The position numbers were made by a program, and so were the translations under genes. Shown here piece after piece: positions 26,101 to 39,699 of a stretch of DNA of 64,000 nt (positions within the stretch are counted from its first letter, which is position 1; the number at the start of each line of letters is the position of its first letter). The stretch spans positions 806,001 to 870,000 of the forward strand of contig RSEE01000006.1 of NCBI GenBank assembly GCA_003971905.1. Reading direction: 5' to 3'. Source of the DNA: Moniliella sp. 'wahieum' (taxonomy: Eukaryota). The notes under the pieces are model-generated. The model was given only the letters and a program-made list of their open reading frames with translations. It was not told where the DNA came from and searched no databases.

Positions 26101-28368
26101 GACGCCCAGTGGCGCATCCGCATCACAGACTTTGGGTCCGCCAAGTGTACAGCACGCGACGCTCAGGGGAACCCCCTCTCGGCCGTCATGACGGCCGACG
26201 GCCCAGCTTCGCCCATGCCTGAGCCTCCCGCGACTGAATCCGGCGTCAAGTACTCTTTTGTTGGTACTGCCGAGTTTGTGTCTCCTGAGCTTCTTGAATC
26301 GAAGCAAACAACCGCGGCGAGCGATTGGTGGGCGTTTGGGGCGATTTTGTTTACCTTATTGGCTGGTGCGCCTCCTTTCCGCGGGCCAAGTGAGTACACC
26401 ACCTTCCAAAAGATTCTCCATGACCCCATTCCGTTCCCCTCGGCCTTCCCTCCAGTTGCCCGCTCGTTTGTGGAAGCATTTTTGCAACGTAATCCACTCG
26501 AGCGCTTCAGCGAAGCTACCTGGTCCGACCTCGTCAACCACCCCTTTTTCTTTACCGATCAGGACGAACATGTCGGCAATGTTGCATCCACCTGGTGCCC
26601 TTCTGCAGATGGTGGCGCCGCCGGTGCGTCTTTTGATACCACAGCGCCTTCCCTTGAACCAGCGCAGGGTGCCGAGCCCAAGTTGCCCAATATCTGGTCA
26701 GATTTGTGGACCAAACCAGCTCCGCCGCTGCGCCCTGGGCTTGTCGTCCGTCCCGAGACACCAGAAGATGAACGGAACGGTAACGTGTTTGCCCTATTGG
26801 ACACCGAGTCAGAGGTGGTGCCGACGGAGGATGAGCAGCCAGCCATCTCGGTCGACTCCCGATCTGTAGCTTCTCGGTCCTTTGGCGCCCGCCGTGGTCC
26901 CTCGGAGGAGTGGAGTAGGAAGGAGATCCGTCCAGAGGTCAGATCTGTCAAGGATGGCTCCCCATTGCAAAGCCGACGGGCTAGCAGTGGGGTAGAGGTG
27001 GACCCCGAGGTGGATGCCGATAACGAAGACGATGGCTCGGTTTACGAGCCAAGTTTGCATCGCCAAACTGCGGCCCAAGTACCCGAATGGACCCGACCTG
27101 TCCAGCCACGGGGGGCTACAAGGCCAATGGTCGCGCCCGCTGCATCCGTTGACGACGGTCACTTCCTCGGCATCCAGCCTTCCAGGAAGCGTCACCAAGG
27201 CAGACCAAATCGGGCAACCACGGGGCTAGATCGACCGCCCCCTTTATCCGGGAAAAACTCAAGTCAACCAAGCTGCGACACAAAGCCAAACGGCAGATCT
27301 CCCGTGCACTCCTTGCCGCCCAAGGGGATCACGCCCATCATGGACAGGGGCCGAGCCCTGCTCGGTGTAGCACATCAAGTCCGGGTGCGGTCCATGCCGC
27401 TATGACCTTGTCTCGCCCCTCTTCCCCTAGACACCGCGGGTGGCACCGTTCCACTATCCCACCGACAGCTTTGACCGAACTGTCACCAACATCGGCACCG
27501 AGCCCAGTCAATGCGGCGGTCAGCACGCAACCTACTGTGTCCATCCAAACCCTTTTCGCCACCACCTCAACCATCGTAACCGAGGTCGCGGCAAGCGCAA
27601 CCAAAGATGCTAAATCCGCATCTCCATCCCGATCCTTTTTCCGTCGCCCCAGCGTCCGCGCCTCGTCTGCGGTACGCAACCATACCCCCCCAACCCCTAC
27701 GGCGGAGACACGGAACGAGATGCGCGTGGGGTTGCCCCCATCCGGTGGGAACACTGCGCCTGGTCACGCAGCGGAGCCGGCGGAGCGGATGCGCTGGCTA
27801 GCAGCGCCTCACTCGACACAACTGCGTGGCGGTTGCGTCAAGGAGAGAATATGCTATTGACGATGCCCGTCTTGCAGCGCAAATCGGGCGCTGCCTATCT
27901 CTTTTCTCCCAAACGGAGGGACCTTGTTCTGACCGATCAGGCCAGGCTGGTTTGCCTCAAACCCCCGCTTGGCCAGGGAAACCGAAGATGGAGTTTGTCT
28001 TGGCGCCATGGGCCATGCCGAGTAAGATGGCCCGCCGTCGAGATACGACTCTGCCGAGACGGGGAAGGCGACGGCTCTAGAGCCCCCCCATCCAGCCCGG
28101 TGGGGCAGCGGGGACCGAACCCGAGCTGGTCCTCTCGGTCGAGCCAAGGGGATCCAAGGCATTTGTGCTCACCACCACCTCGCGCCGCCAATTTTTCTAT
28201 GAAGATCCTTCGGGCGACAATCGCCACTGGCTGCGCATGCTCCGTCATGTCATGGCCGCCCCAGCCCCGTCGTCCTTGGCGCCCCCAGCCAGCCTCCCCG
28301 GGGCCTCTGGTCCTGCCGACGCACCATCGCTCCCTTCTCCTCTCTTGCTCTTGGCCACCATCCACTGA
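23137..28368 (+). CDS. PKH1: PDK1/Pkh/Ksg1-family kinase with C-terminal PH domain
   Basis: [64 protein letters not shown]-like KRRDLVLTDQARLVC...RQFFYEDPSG..HW. Introns about 23411-23515 and 25867-25928. The start is approximate. Confidence 0.9.
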
Positions 28369-28753
28369 CCGGCCTGGCCTCCGCTCCCCCCACTTAACCC
28401 CTCGTCCAGCCGTGGCGCTGAATGCACTCTGCGCTTGTACTGCTCTGTGTTCATGACGCCGGGCCTTTTGGCAACTCACTGCTTCGGACGAGGGGGGATA
28501 CGTGCCTTTCCCTCGCATGGGTCTCGTTTCTCATCTGATCCGAAGCAGGGTGGCGATAAGCTGCCGAGGAAGCAGGCGCCGCTCCCCCCCCCCCCCTCCC
28601 CACCTCCCCACTTCCACCCCGTATCGGCATGTCTTGAAGCTCCCCATGTCCCAATGCTCATACTCATGCGTTCCTGGCTGCTAGCGCTCATCGACAGATG
28701 GATGAAGCTGGCACAGGCATCGCATTCGAATAGCCAGTATTGTATTCCATGGT

Positions 28754-31700
28754 TTATCCGCATTCCCAACCCAACACGAGCTGCCTTGGCGAGTTGGTGA
28801 GCGCAAGCGTCTCGGCTGACTCGATTCCATGTTTCGTGCTCCCCTCCACAGTAGAATACATCATCATCGCATAGAACTCATCCGATTTGTCCGGGCCCGA
28901 GAGCACCAATCTCACGTCGGAAGCCCAAGTCGACATTGCATTAAACGTTGGTGCGGCAGTTTTCCCCTGAGGAGCGGGGGCTGACATGACAGGAACAAGT
29001 GAGGGGGAAGGGGATCTGCTTTCTCTTAGGAGAGGAGAGGGAGACGAGAGACTTGTGGCCACTATGGGAGCGCGTGCGGAGGAAGCGCTTGAGGCTGACC
29101 AGCCGTGGGCCTGGCTCATCGGTTAATGGAAAGACGACCGGCCCCCCGCGTCCGACTCGTCCCCGTCCGAGCCGCTGGAACGCTTGGTAAGCAGGGGCGA
29201 GGCGTGCTTAGTCGGACCACCCCTTCCGTGTGCGTACGATCGGTGGCACCCGTTCGAGCGGGACACCTACCCTGACGGGAGAAAGAGGAGGCGAAGGTAC
29301 GTCTGGCAGCGAAACGTCTTCCTTTTCACTCCATTCGGAGGTGTGGGAGGTGACGTAGCCGTCCTCACCTTGTGGGGGTGGGGCGGGGAGACGGCTTCTT
29401 CTTCCTCCTCCACGATGGGAAGAGGGCGCACTTCAATGATTTGTGCTTTCTGATGGGGAGTAAGGAGTTGGCTCAAGCACTTAAGAGGAAGGCGTTGTCT
29501 CCTCCGCCGGCGCAAGTGGATTTTGGGTGGGTTCATGCGGGGTGGGGGGGGGACGGGGGAAGCGGGCTGCGGGAGGGGGGCGGTATTAACAGTGGGAGAA
29601 CGGCGGAGAACGCGGTCGAGGGCCGAGGTGTGTGTGCCGCGTGTGAGAAGAATGAGGGCAAACAGCACACACAGCAGGGTGAGTTGAACTGCATCCATCC
29701 GGCGTTCAAAGTGCAGCTCAGAGCTGAGGAGATGCATCCGTTGCACCAATTCGGCTTTATCCTGAGCCCACGCCAAACGTTGCACATCCTCGACTCAAAC
29801 ATCATCCTCTGGAGATCAATGTGGTGCCGTCGACGCAACCCTTCGACCTCGTTGGTGTTGGTCAGATTCAGGAGGGCCAACTGGGCATCCCTGTTCCGAT
29901 CCATCCTTTTCAGGGCGTCCAAGAGCATCTGCCCACTCTGCTCCACGTATTGTAAGGACAAACTTGCGTTGGCTTCGAGCGCACTGAGCCGACGAGTGAT
30001 GGAGCGATAAATCGACTCTCCTCCCACACCCGTGGGGGCGGACGCTGCGGACGCCGGGACTTGGTAACATTGCTCTCTGTTGCATTGAGCAAGGGAAGCG
30101 GTTCGTTCCAGGAATGGGCGCATCGGACCAACGAGAAAACTCGCGGTCATCTTCGGGTGAGTAATACTCTTCCTTGGACGATATGTTGAGGCCACGCAGG
30201 GATCGCAACATCATCTCTCGCAACGCATCGGACATGAACGGAGCGGGTTCCAGTAACTCATCATTGGTTGCTGGACTGGGTGGCAGAGGGGAGGTGGGGA
30301 GGGAAGGGCATCGGCGTCATTTCGAGCCTCCTCCTCCTCCTCGATCCGCAACTCTTCTTCTTCCTCCAATTCTTGTTCTTTGCGCTTGTCCTCAAAGTCT
30401 TCGAGCTCCCACCCATCAAAGTGGACAATCCATAAACTCGAAGCAAGGAGAGAGGACAATACGCCTCGGTACCATAATAATCTAGAAGATCAATGCGGAT
30501 GTACTTGAGGTACTGCTGCAAGTGGGATGGGACGTCAAATACCTGCGGCCCACGCATGTTGCGGGCAAGGTAGGTCCCCAGGTCAGACCATTCTTCCAAT
30601 GGGGCCGTAAGGGATTTGCTGCCGCGAAACCGGACGCGCTTAAAGACCCTTGAGAAGAACTCGTAGTTGGCCACACCAGGGTGTCCACCTTGATTTCGCT
30701 GCACAGCTCAATCGTAACGTACATCTCATGGTCATCTCCCTCGGGGCAAGGTGCAAGCAGGTACCGGTCCTTCTTCTCGTTCAGGATGGACGAAGCAAAC
30801 TTGACAGATCCACTGGCACGCTGCACTTGCGCCGCACAATCTGCCGAGGCAAAATTGCGGCGGTGGCGCAGCGTCTCCAATTCTTTCCCCGGATCCGATT
30901 GGGCAGGAATGAGCATTCTCCTACCAGGAAGAAGGAGCAGAGGGTTGCCCCGCTTCCGAGGAAGGAGATGTGCTATTTTCCAGCCCATTCGACTGAGATG
31001 GGAGCGGGGAAGCCGAATGCTGGAGCCGGGGGCAAGGGTGGAGAGCAAGGGGTGCAGGACTGGCGCGGTCAGAAGTGGATGCCTCGCTGGACGCTTCCAC
31101 GGCCTCGCTGGGGGGGGGGAGGGGGAAAGAAGGGGAGGGAGGTGGAGGGAGCGGTAGCGTTAGCGGTAACGGTGACGTTGGTGGGTTCCAAATGCGCATG
31201 CTCCCATTTCTTCTTTTCCTTCTTTTCCTTTCTCCGCCGTTCTCTTCGCTCCTGCTCTTCCTTCTCCTTTTCAGCGAGGTGGCGCTGTTTCCATTCAGCA
31301 AAGGAAAGAAACGCTGGTGCAGACTCGCCTCCGATTGAGACCATCCACTCTCCATACTCCTTGGCAGCGTCCTGCTCGGTGTTCGCAGCAGACATGCCCT
31401 CACGGGGGGTGCCGGGATCCACACCTGCTCTCCCTCCTTTTGGCGCCAGAAACCAGCATCGGGAAGGGTAGGATCCGCTGCTGCGTCCGAGGTAGGAGCC
31501 GGCACGGCGGAGGCACGGGTGGGTGTGGGGGAGGACAGCAGGCCTAGATCGGGTGCGGGAGCGAGGGGGAAGGTGGCGGGCATACTGGGGCAGCCGAGGG
31601 CAGGAGAAGGTCACGGGGGCGCGGGTGGCATCCGCCTCGCATCCCTCGGCGGAGGTGGGTGGCAAGGGGGAGACAAGCGGCGCGCCGCAGGGGGAAGGGT

Positions 31701-31838
31701 GGACGTGGTGGCGGGAGGCGAGGCGGGGGAGGCGGAGGAGGGCGGGGCGGCGCGCACAAGCAAGAGGAGGGCGAGGCCCAGGGAGGCGGCCCAGAGACAT
31801 GCCTGTATGCGCCGCACGAGTGCCATGGCGATGGCCAT
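28754..31838 (-). CDS. SLP1: mid-SUN domain ER membrane protein Slp1/SUCO
   Basis: Signal peptide, then RRNFASADCAA, ASSILNEKKDRYLLAPC, TIELCSEIKVDT.ANYEFFS, YIRIDLLDYYGTEAYCPLSLLRVYG, GGESIYRSITRRLSALEANASLS, and a C-terminal TM segment QLTLLCVLFALILLTRG. Confidence 0.92.
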
Positions 31839-32126
31839 GGCCTCTGCCGCGCCCGTTGCCGAACGAGCACGCAGTGGACAGCCGATCTGGACGAATTGGC
31901 CGCCAGCAGCCCCAGCCGCCCGTTCCACGTCACCTCTCCCTTGAACGTTCAACCTCACTGGGCCTGCGACTTTGAAACTGGAAACGTGCACTAACCCATC
32001 CCATTCGCCAGCGGCGGCAGTCTACCACCTGGCCCCAGCATCCACATCTCCGACCCCCCAGTGGCGGCCAATGCACGCGGCTACATTGGCTGTGTCTCCC
32101 CTCAATAGCTGGCGGCGTATACTCGT

Positions 32127-33598
32127 TCATCTCAATACCTCTTGGGTCTTGTAGGAAGCGGGTCTGCCCCCCCGTCCTTCACTTGCCGCCAGCCACCGGG
32201 AAGAGCTCATCAAAGTTCTTCCGGTCGCGGAACCAGACCTGCTGCTCCGTAAGCCATCAGGCATGATCTCATCCCGCACCGCGTCCGGGTGCAGGTGGTG
32301 CTTCTTGGCCAAGAGCTGGCACTGGTGGTTGATGTACGTATCGCCCTTGGCGCGCAGCCCTCTGCCTCGGGGTCAAGTCCGAGTAGTCAGTCTTGGGCAC
32401 GGCCGAGCGGGAAAGATGCGTTGCCAGAAAGGGGGCGGTCGCGGGGCACGCGCCCACCACTGGCGGGAAGTTCCAGAAGCACGCCATGCGGCCGAACCAG
32501 GAGGTAGCTTGTGTCGTCAAACAACGCAGATTCGGCCGTGGAGAAGCTGGGCCCGTTGATGTTTCGTTGTTGGGGGGCCGGAAAGTAAGCTTTGAGCAAC
32601 TCAAACTCGTGCGGGAATAAGTCGTTGCGGGCGTAGAACTGCATCGTGGAACAGTGGCGGATGGTACACATTTTCCAGCGAAAATACCCGGACCCGTTTG
32701 TCAGGCTTGCTCCCTACCGGCCATCGACCGTAGCAAAAGGCGAGAAGAGACCAGAGAGCTCGGGAACAAACGTCTCTTGGGCAAGTACCACGACAGACCA
32801 GGTTTGACGGTCTGCAAAGCAACCAAGCCCGACTTGAGATGGAGGGTGATGCGCGTAATGGTGCGTGTCTGGGTGAACAAAGGTAGGCGGCACAGCCGAC
32901 ACCGAGGAAAAAGCAGGCAGAGGACAAGCCCACGCGGATGGTCTTATCGCCAATCTCCTTGACCTCCTCATCAGCCACGGGAAGGAAGCTGGGCACAAAC
33001 GAAGGCGCAAACCAAGCGAGGCCGATCGCAGCGTCAACCCCAACACCAGGGAGACCCAGCAAAGGGTGTCGTAAAATTTAGGATCAAAGGGAGGACTGCC
33101 ACGGTAGATCACCAAGGGTTCGTCGGTCAACCCCCCTCAAGAAGCGACTGGGCACTGAGCTCCTGGGCTGCTTGAACTTTGCGGACCCGATCCAACTCCT
33201 GAGGGCGCAGCGGGCGGGGTCAGCAGAGGCTCCTCTGGCAGCTCCTCTTGAAGCTCCTTGGCAGGCGCATCCGACTTGAGCGCCGCTTCAGAGTCATTCG
33301 AGACCGCTGCCACGGGTAGGCGCAGTAGATGGATCATCTTAGATTTTGGACGGGTTGAGGAAGGGCGGGGTGCTTTAGGAGTACGCTGGGAAGGCTTGGG
33401 TGCTTTGGCCCAGAATGGAAGGGAAGGGCGGGCGGATGCATACGCTGAGGCCGAGAAGGCCCGGAGACGCGGGTAGCAGGATGGGTGTGCGGCGCCAAGG
33501 GGGCCGCAGGGCCCCACGGCGCCCATTCCTAAGCCCGCGCCTAGCCCCACCGGACGTATGAGGGTGGGCAATACGAGCCCACGCATGGCGAGCGCCAT
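32127..33598 (-). CDS. probable mitochondrial inner-membrane protein (TMEM223/TMEM186-like)
   Basis: Presequence-like N-terminus (MALAMRGLVLPTLIR...RAFSASA), PLVIYRG, two TM segments, then TRTITRITL...VALQT. The family assignment is tentative. Confidence 0.5.
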
Positions 33599-33977
33599 TC
33601 TTGTTGGCGATGTCGGCTTGGCTGGCGGCTGTGAGCTCCAGTCTTCTTCGCGCCACAGACGTGCCAGCCGCAGTCCCGGCCCAAGCCGAGGCAGCGGCGG
33701 AAATGTACATATTCCGCCCTCTAGCCCCACATGCATTTTCCACTGGTTACGCCGCCGGAGCCTCCGCTGGGCCTCGTTGTGTCCTTTGTGAGGGCCCGTC
33801 TCACGCCCATACCAGACTCCACCTTCCCCCGGAGCCTCCGAAGGCGGACAGGAAGAGGGGTCGTTTATGATACTTCGTACCGGCGCACATGTCCGGCTTC
33901 TCTCCCCCCCTCCATCATCTCTCTCCTTTCTTTTCCCTTCCCAACAATCACTCTCGCCGCCTGTGGCTTTGCGCGCA

Positions 33978-35700
33978 ATGTTCGACCGTTCGTACGAGAG
34001 CAAGCAATGGGCCGCCCTTCTGCTTCATCTCGCCGTCATATGTTTTCTCCTCTTCCCGCTCTGCAGCCCGGCCCCCATGTCCCAAAGTTCAGCAACCATG
34101 CTGGATCTCATTCCCTCCCCGCGCCCCAGCCAAGAGAACCAAGCCAACCTCACTGCACTGACCGATGAGTTCATGAAAGCCCCCGGAAACTTCGTCCCCT
34201 CATCTCCCATGGTCGCCGCTCAGAAAGCAGGACAATAAAGAGCAGCAAGGCGTAGCGACGGACTCCATTTCGCCTGCCTTCCGTGCGTATCTCCACTCCA
34301 TCCTTCCCAACCCGGCATCGTGGCAGAGCCCGCTTCGCTTGAGCTATGGCCTGCTGGGCACGTGTTATGCACAGCCAACCCTCCATTCGCACAATCGGTG
34401 CAGCCCATCTTCTCCACCCCCGTCTTTCCTTACAAGCCTTTGAATCCATTCCCTGGGTTAATGCTACGGCGTACCTTGCTGCCTCCCCTGCTCAGTTGGA
34501 GCAAGCCAAGGAAAACGCGACGCTTGCCACGCAATGGTTTACCATGCCGCTCGACACCACCATGCTCCCCATCGGATGGGGTGCTGTGCCGTCGCTACAG
34601 TTGACCGTCTTGGTTTTGCTTGTGGTCCTGATAGCGGGTACTAGTATGCCCCTGTTTTACATTGCCCGGCGCCACCCCATGTCGCGCTTCTCGCCCGTTT
34701 CCAATCCAGTAACGGAGACTGTCAATCCAGTACCAAAAGCTACACTGTTTTCTTCTCCCTCTCCTCCTGGCCGCCGAGTTTGCCCTGACCGTGGTGACAC
34801 GGATCAATGGGGCACTATGTGGCCGGGTTCAATGAGGCGAATAAGGAAGTGTGGCTACCTTCTAGCGTGATGCTCGATACCTTGGCGGGGCAGCTCCCAA
34901 ACCCCTCTTGACCTCGACGCCATCCCAAACGGCCTTGGTGGCTCAGGTGGGAGACGGATTCAAATTGTACTACACGGGGCTCGCCAGCCACTTGGCGTTG
35001 GTACTGATGTTACGAGCTGTACCGGGACGACACGTCGCGGAGGCGCGTACGGATCCACCATGAGCTCAATTGGTCTGCCATGCGGATTTGCACGGTGGGG
35101 AAACTCGTGGCGGACCCAGTACGCCCCCCGCCATCAAGCGACAACGGCTTTACCTCAACGCCAAGGCTCCGCCTCCACTCAACCTCAGTCTGGTGCAGCA
35201 GCAGAGAAACGGGAGCCTCGTACACCACACGGTGTCGCGCGCTCCAATGTCCATCTCCACCTCGACTCTCCCGGCAGCCTCACGCCTATTGCCAAACCCG
35301 ATTCGATCAACTATGGAGACCATCGTCGTGGTAGCGAGGTGGACCTAAGCGAGGTCCGGGTCGAGATGGATTCTGTCTCCCTCGACACGCACATTTCCCC
35401 CGTCCCCTCTGGCTCCCCAGCCCACGCGCCTCCCTGGCCTCGACCACCAAGCTCTCCCTTAACACATTGGGGGAAAAGGACGAAGACACCAAACGAGCCA
35501 AGTCCTCACCTCACTTGGTGAGGACGAGGTCAACGTTGCTTCTCTCCGCAATGTGCCCCCCGCGCTAGTGCGTCCGCCTTCGGCCATGTCAGAGACCACG
35601 TTTGGCGCTCTAACCTCGCCTTGGGTGGCCGAGGGAAGCGAGCAAGCGGTACCGATGGAGTTTCTCCGTCGGAGTGCCTACCAGCCTTGAACAGTTGAGT
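33978..35700 (+). CDS. hypothetical membrane protein
   Basis: Hydrophobic segments WAALLLHLAVICFLLF and LTVLVLLVVLIAGTSMPLFYI in successive frames, with a Ser/Pro-rich tail. No family recognised. The end is uncertain. Confidence 0.5.
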
Positions 35701-35873
35701 CTCGACGGGCCCGCGGTGTATGATGTGCTATCCGCCCGGGCCTCTCTACCTCTCCATTCTTGGGCCTTACTATGTATGCCATGCTACGTCGGACTTGTTT
35801 TGAAAAGCCACATACGGGCTGCATCAGCACGCCGCCGAGGCTACAGTGTAGCCCCCACGTAGAATCCAAGTAG

Positions 35874-36927
35874 TTATGGCACGGCGGGTATGAACGTTAT
35901 TCGATCAGATGGCCATCGACAAGCGCGCGGGACAGGATGCCACGCTCGTCCGTTCAAACACCAAGTCGGCACTCGGCTCCTGTTCCACCTCGCGGTCAAA
36001 AACGCAGCAAAGTGGGTAAGCACATCAGGAAGCACGGCGCGGACGGTGACGGCGGCGGCCTCGGCGTCCAGTGGCAGAGGCGGCTCCACCACCAACGTGA
36101 GCGAGGAGGTAGCAGGGAGCGGGGTCAGGCCGCCCGGCAGAGCGGGAACGGCGAGCGAAGGCCGATTGCGCACAAAATCTCGCGTTGCAAGCAGGTCATC
36201 CCCTTGCCCTGGATGCCACACGCAACAATGTACCCAAACCAACGCAGCCGCCTGCTCCACATTAAATGCGAATCCATGAGAAGTGATGCGGTGCCGGACG
36301 CGGATGCCAATCGAGGTGATTTGTGTGCTCGTCGGTCCAGACGCCAGTGTGGTCGTCGGGCGGGTCGATGGTAGCCAGATGGCGGTCCGCGAGCAGCGCA
36401 CGGAAGACCCGGCACCCGGTCCACGTAACATTTCGCCGACAGGCCCATCGCGCCCAGGTCGAGAATGGGGTAGCCGACCAGCTGGCCCGGACCATGGAAG
36501 GTGATCAGGCCCCCGCGCAGCGTCTGCACATAGTCAGCGCCAATGGCGTGAAAGCGCTCGGTGAGGGCGCTGACCTCGTCGGGGGTCTGGGCATAGGCGC
36601 CCCGCGGCGGCCTTCGGTAAAGACAGGAGTGTGCTGGAGAAGAAACAACGTGTCCTGGCTCGCGCGTTTCTGGGCCTCATGGGCCTCGGGAGAGTTCGGG
36701 TCAACGGAGCGGAGGACAGCGCGGGCGTCGGCGCGGGATTGGACGAGGTACTCCTGGATGCGCAGGCCCAGGTGGTAGGGCACAGGGTAGGGGCTGTATG
36801 CCCAGCGCACCTTGGACAGGGGAGGCGTGTCTTGGCGGCGGCGGCGCGGCGGGTGCGGCGGTGCTGAACCTGCGCATGCCCAGCAGCACCAGCGGCCCCG
36901 ACGGGCGAGGGCTGGGGCAGGGAGCAT
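35874..36927 (-). CDS. LIP2: mitochondrial lipoyl(octanoyl) transferase (LipB)
   Basis: LFLLQHTPVFTEGRR, RGGLITFHGPGQLVGYPILDL, TGVW, ITSIGIRVRHRITSHGFAFNV, FGYIVACGI. Confidence 0.95.
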
Positions 36928-38084
36928 TGGATGGGATGGGATGCGATGGATTGGATGGGTATTGGCACGCCCGTTGGGAGCGTGAAGACTGGCCAGCCTG
37001 CGAGGAAATCGGTTGCTGCCACTCCCAGCCACCCCAGCCGAAGCAGCCGCCAACCAGCTCGCCAGTCCCCGTCGTCAGCGGAACGGCGCCTCTGTTCCGC
37101 CCCACGAGCTCGCCAGCGTCCACGTTCAACGTTCAAGAATCAAGTTCATTAATCATTGGTCAAAGCATGAGTTGTTGAACGTTCAGTTGAACCAACGCGG
37201 AGCCTCCGCGCCCTCGGCCGCCCACACCCTTCCGGCGCCGCACCACGACCGCCTCTGCAAGCAAGACGGGCGGAGCCTGGCGGAGCTTGTCTCACACCCA
37301 TTGCGCTGCGAATTTGAAGTTGAAGCACGTTCGACCGTTGCCAGCCTGTGGTGACTAGTACCTATAGTGGCTCACCGGTCACACCACCGTTAACGGTCAT
37401 GCGCGTCCGGTGCCTCCGTCTTTCATGTCATCCGTCTCAGGCAACGGCCGCTATGGGAGGCGGGTCTTTGGTCAATCCATCCGTTCCGGCCGGCCTTTGG
37501 CGCATCCCTGCGCCTGCACCCTCCGCTCCCATTTGCCTTCCCACCAAGGTCTTATAGGCGCCCCGGGGCAAACGGAGACAAGACAGGTTAAGATGAACAA
37601 CCCACCGCGGCCTGTGCACTTATACCTCGCCCGCTCCCCCCCGCTTCCTCCTGCCCAATGAAAAGTGCACGCTTCGAGCCCGAAGGAAGTGCCTTATTTC
37701 ATCAAAACATGGTCAGCGGCGAAAGCTACAGAAACAGGACTGCCATTGGCATGGGAAACGTGAACTATAGGGGGCTCGTCCACCGTAGCGCATGACAAAT
37801 GAGAGGAAGGAATAATAAGGGTACGTGCAGGACGAATTATGAATCGCCAACAGGCAGGCGAAGTAACAACCTTGCAGGCCAACAAAAGGGTGTGAGGCAT
37901 GGCACAGGAAAGGATCCAAGGAGGGTGGTCAGGGTGGGAATAACAAAAAAGCAGGAAAGAGCTCTGGGGGAGCGGTCCGTGGCACAAAGTTTAACGATGA
38001 CCCCCAACGTGGAAAACGGGAAGGTCAACGTTGACCTATGCTTGGGGCTTTTCACCGTTTCTCAGAATAAATCCGAGACCCGAT

Positions 38085-38722
38085 TTAAAGGAGGGCAGCA
38101 GCCGCAATGCCAACAACCAGCAACAGCCGCCGAGGCGACGCGCACGTGGGAAGCAGGCGACTTGGACTCGGTGGCAGAGAGCGGAGGCAGCCGACGACGA
38201 TGCCGACGACGACTTGTCAGCCGACGAAGAGGCGGGGCTGCTGGCGGCAGCCGACGAGGCAGCCACCGACGAGGGGGCGAAGCAGCAGCCGAAGTCGCAG
38301 CACTGCTACTTTCCGAGGCAGCGGAGCCCGAGCCGGCACCCGAACCAGCGAGAACAGCCTCCGTGGCACCCGATTGGCCAAGAGCACCAGTCGAGTCAGT
38401 CACATCGAACTGGAGCATCTGCCCGGCGGCGCTGGCAGGAGGGGTGTAGGTGAAGGGCGAAGTGACGCCAGTCTGGGTCTTGAGGATACCCGCGGCACCG
38501 TTCTGGAGAAGTCCGTGTCAGCAATGAGCAAGAGACAAGGCAGAAGAGCAAAGGCATACAGCAAAGGTGTGGACGACGAGGTGAAGGGGGCGGTGCCGTC
38601 GGACCACTGGATCTGCATGGGCACGCCGGTGATGAGGGTGGTGGTGGGGGTGATGACCTGCGGGTTGCCAGCCATGACAGCCACGCGGCGGCGAGGAGAG
38701 CAACAAGAGGGTAGATCTGCAT
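38085..38722 (-). CDS. secreted Ser/Ala-rich, probably GPI-anchored cell-surface protein
   Basis: Signal peptide MQIYPLVALLAAA, small Ig-like domain (PMQIQWSDGTAPF...FTYTPP...LQFDVTDSTG), Ser/Ala-rich stalk and hydrophobic C-terminus. One intron about 38560-38505. TATAA at about 38811. Confidence 0.75.
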
Positions 38723-39699
38723 GGCGAACGGGTGGCCAAGAGCAAAGGAGTTGCAGGGACTAGGGGCGGTGGAGGGGGAAAGGCAGGCGTGGTGGCAGGG
38801 GGCGGAGGGCTTATAAGGAAACGCGGCTAGGGCCAGGCCTAGCCTGGGCTGAGCCTCAGATCTCCGGGCCTCAGTCCTCACTCTGCGTACCACAGCCGGG
38901 TGCCGGCGGCAGCCGCGCCACTGCAGCCAGGCACGCCTGCCCAGGGGCAGTGTGCACCGTCGCAGCGCACGTGTGGCCGCGCGTGGCGGCAGGGCGGCAC
39001 TCTGTGTTCCTCTCGGCATGACCGAACAGCACGCGGCAGGGCGCAGATCGACGGGCGCAGGCAGGGGGGGGACTCAGGCGTCCCGTCCTGCCGTACTCGG
39101 TGCTCAGGCGCTGTGCCCCAGGGCGATCGAAGAGGCCCATGCATCACATGTCACAGTGATGCATTGTGCAGGATGCATGTGACGCGTGATGGTGTATGAC
39201 AAGTGACAGGGCCGATGGGCAGCATGCAGGCAGCATGCAGCAGGCAGCTGCGCACAAACCCTGGCTGCCGCCGGCGCGCAACGCCAGGAGGCTGCACACT
39301 GGGCCAGTGCCCACGCCGGGGAGGCGTAGGAACGCCAAAGGCAAGGCTGGGCACTGCCCCTCTGCGGCCTGGCATATCTCTGGCCAGGCCAGATGCATGT
39401 GGTTGGGACACAGGCCCCTAGCTAGCTGCTGGCTTGCTCGACTTCTAGTTACAAGTTGCTTTACACATGCAACGGGTTCCACGGACTGGCGGACACTTGC
39501 CTGCTCCCTGTGCGGCGCAGCAGCAGCCGCAATGCAAGCCCCACAACCCCCCTGCCGCAGCAGGCGATGCAGACTCCACCGAAAAACAACAGCTACAGCT
39601 CGCGTGCTGCCTCGATTGCGGCAATGGGGCTGATCACGTGCAGATAGCCCTCCGCCAATCATTAATCACTGTGACACACCCTATGCACACAGCTCGGGG

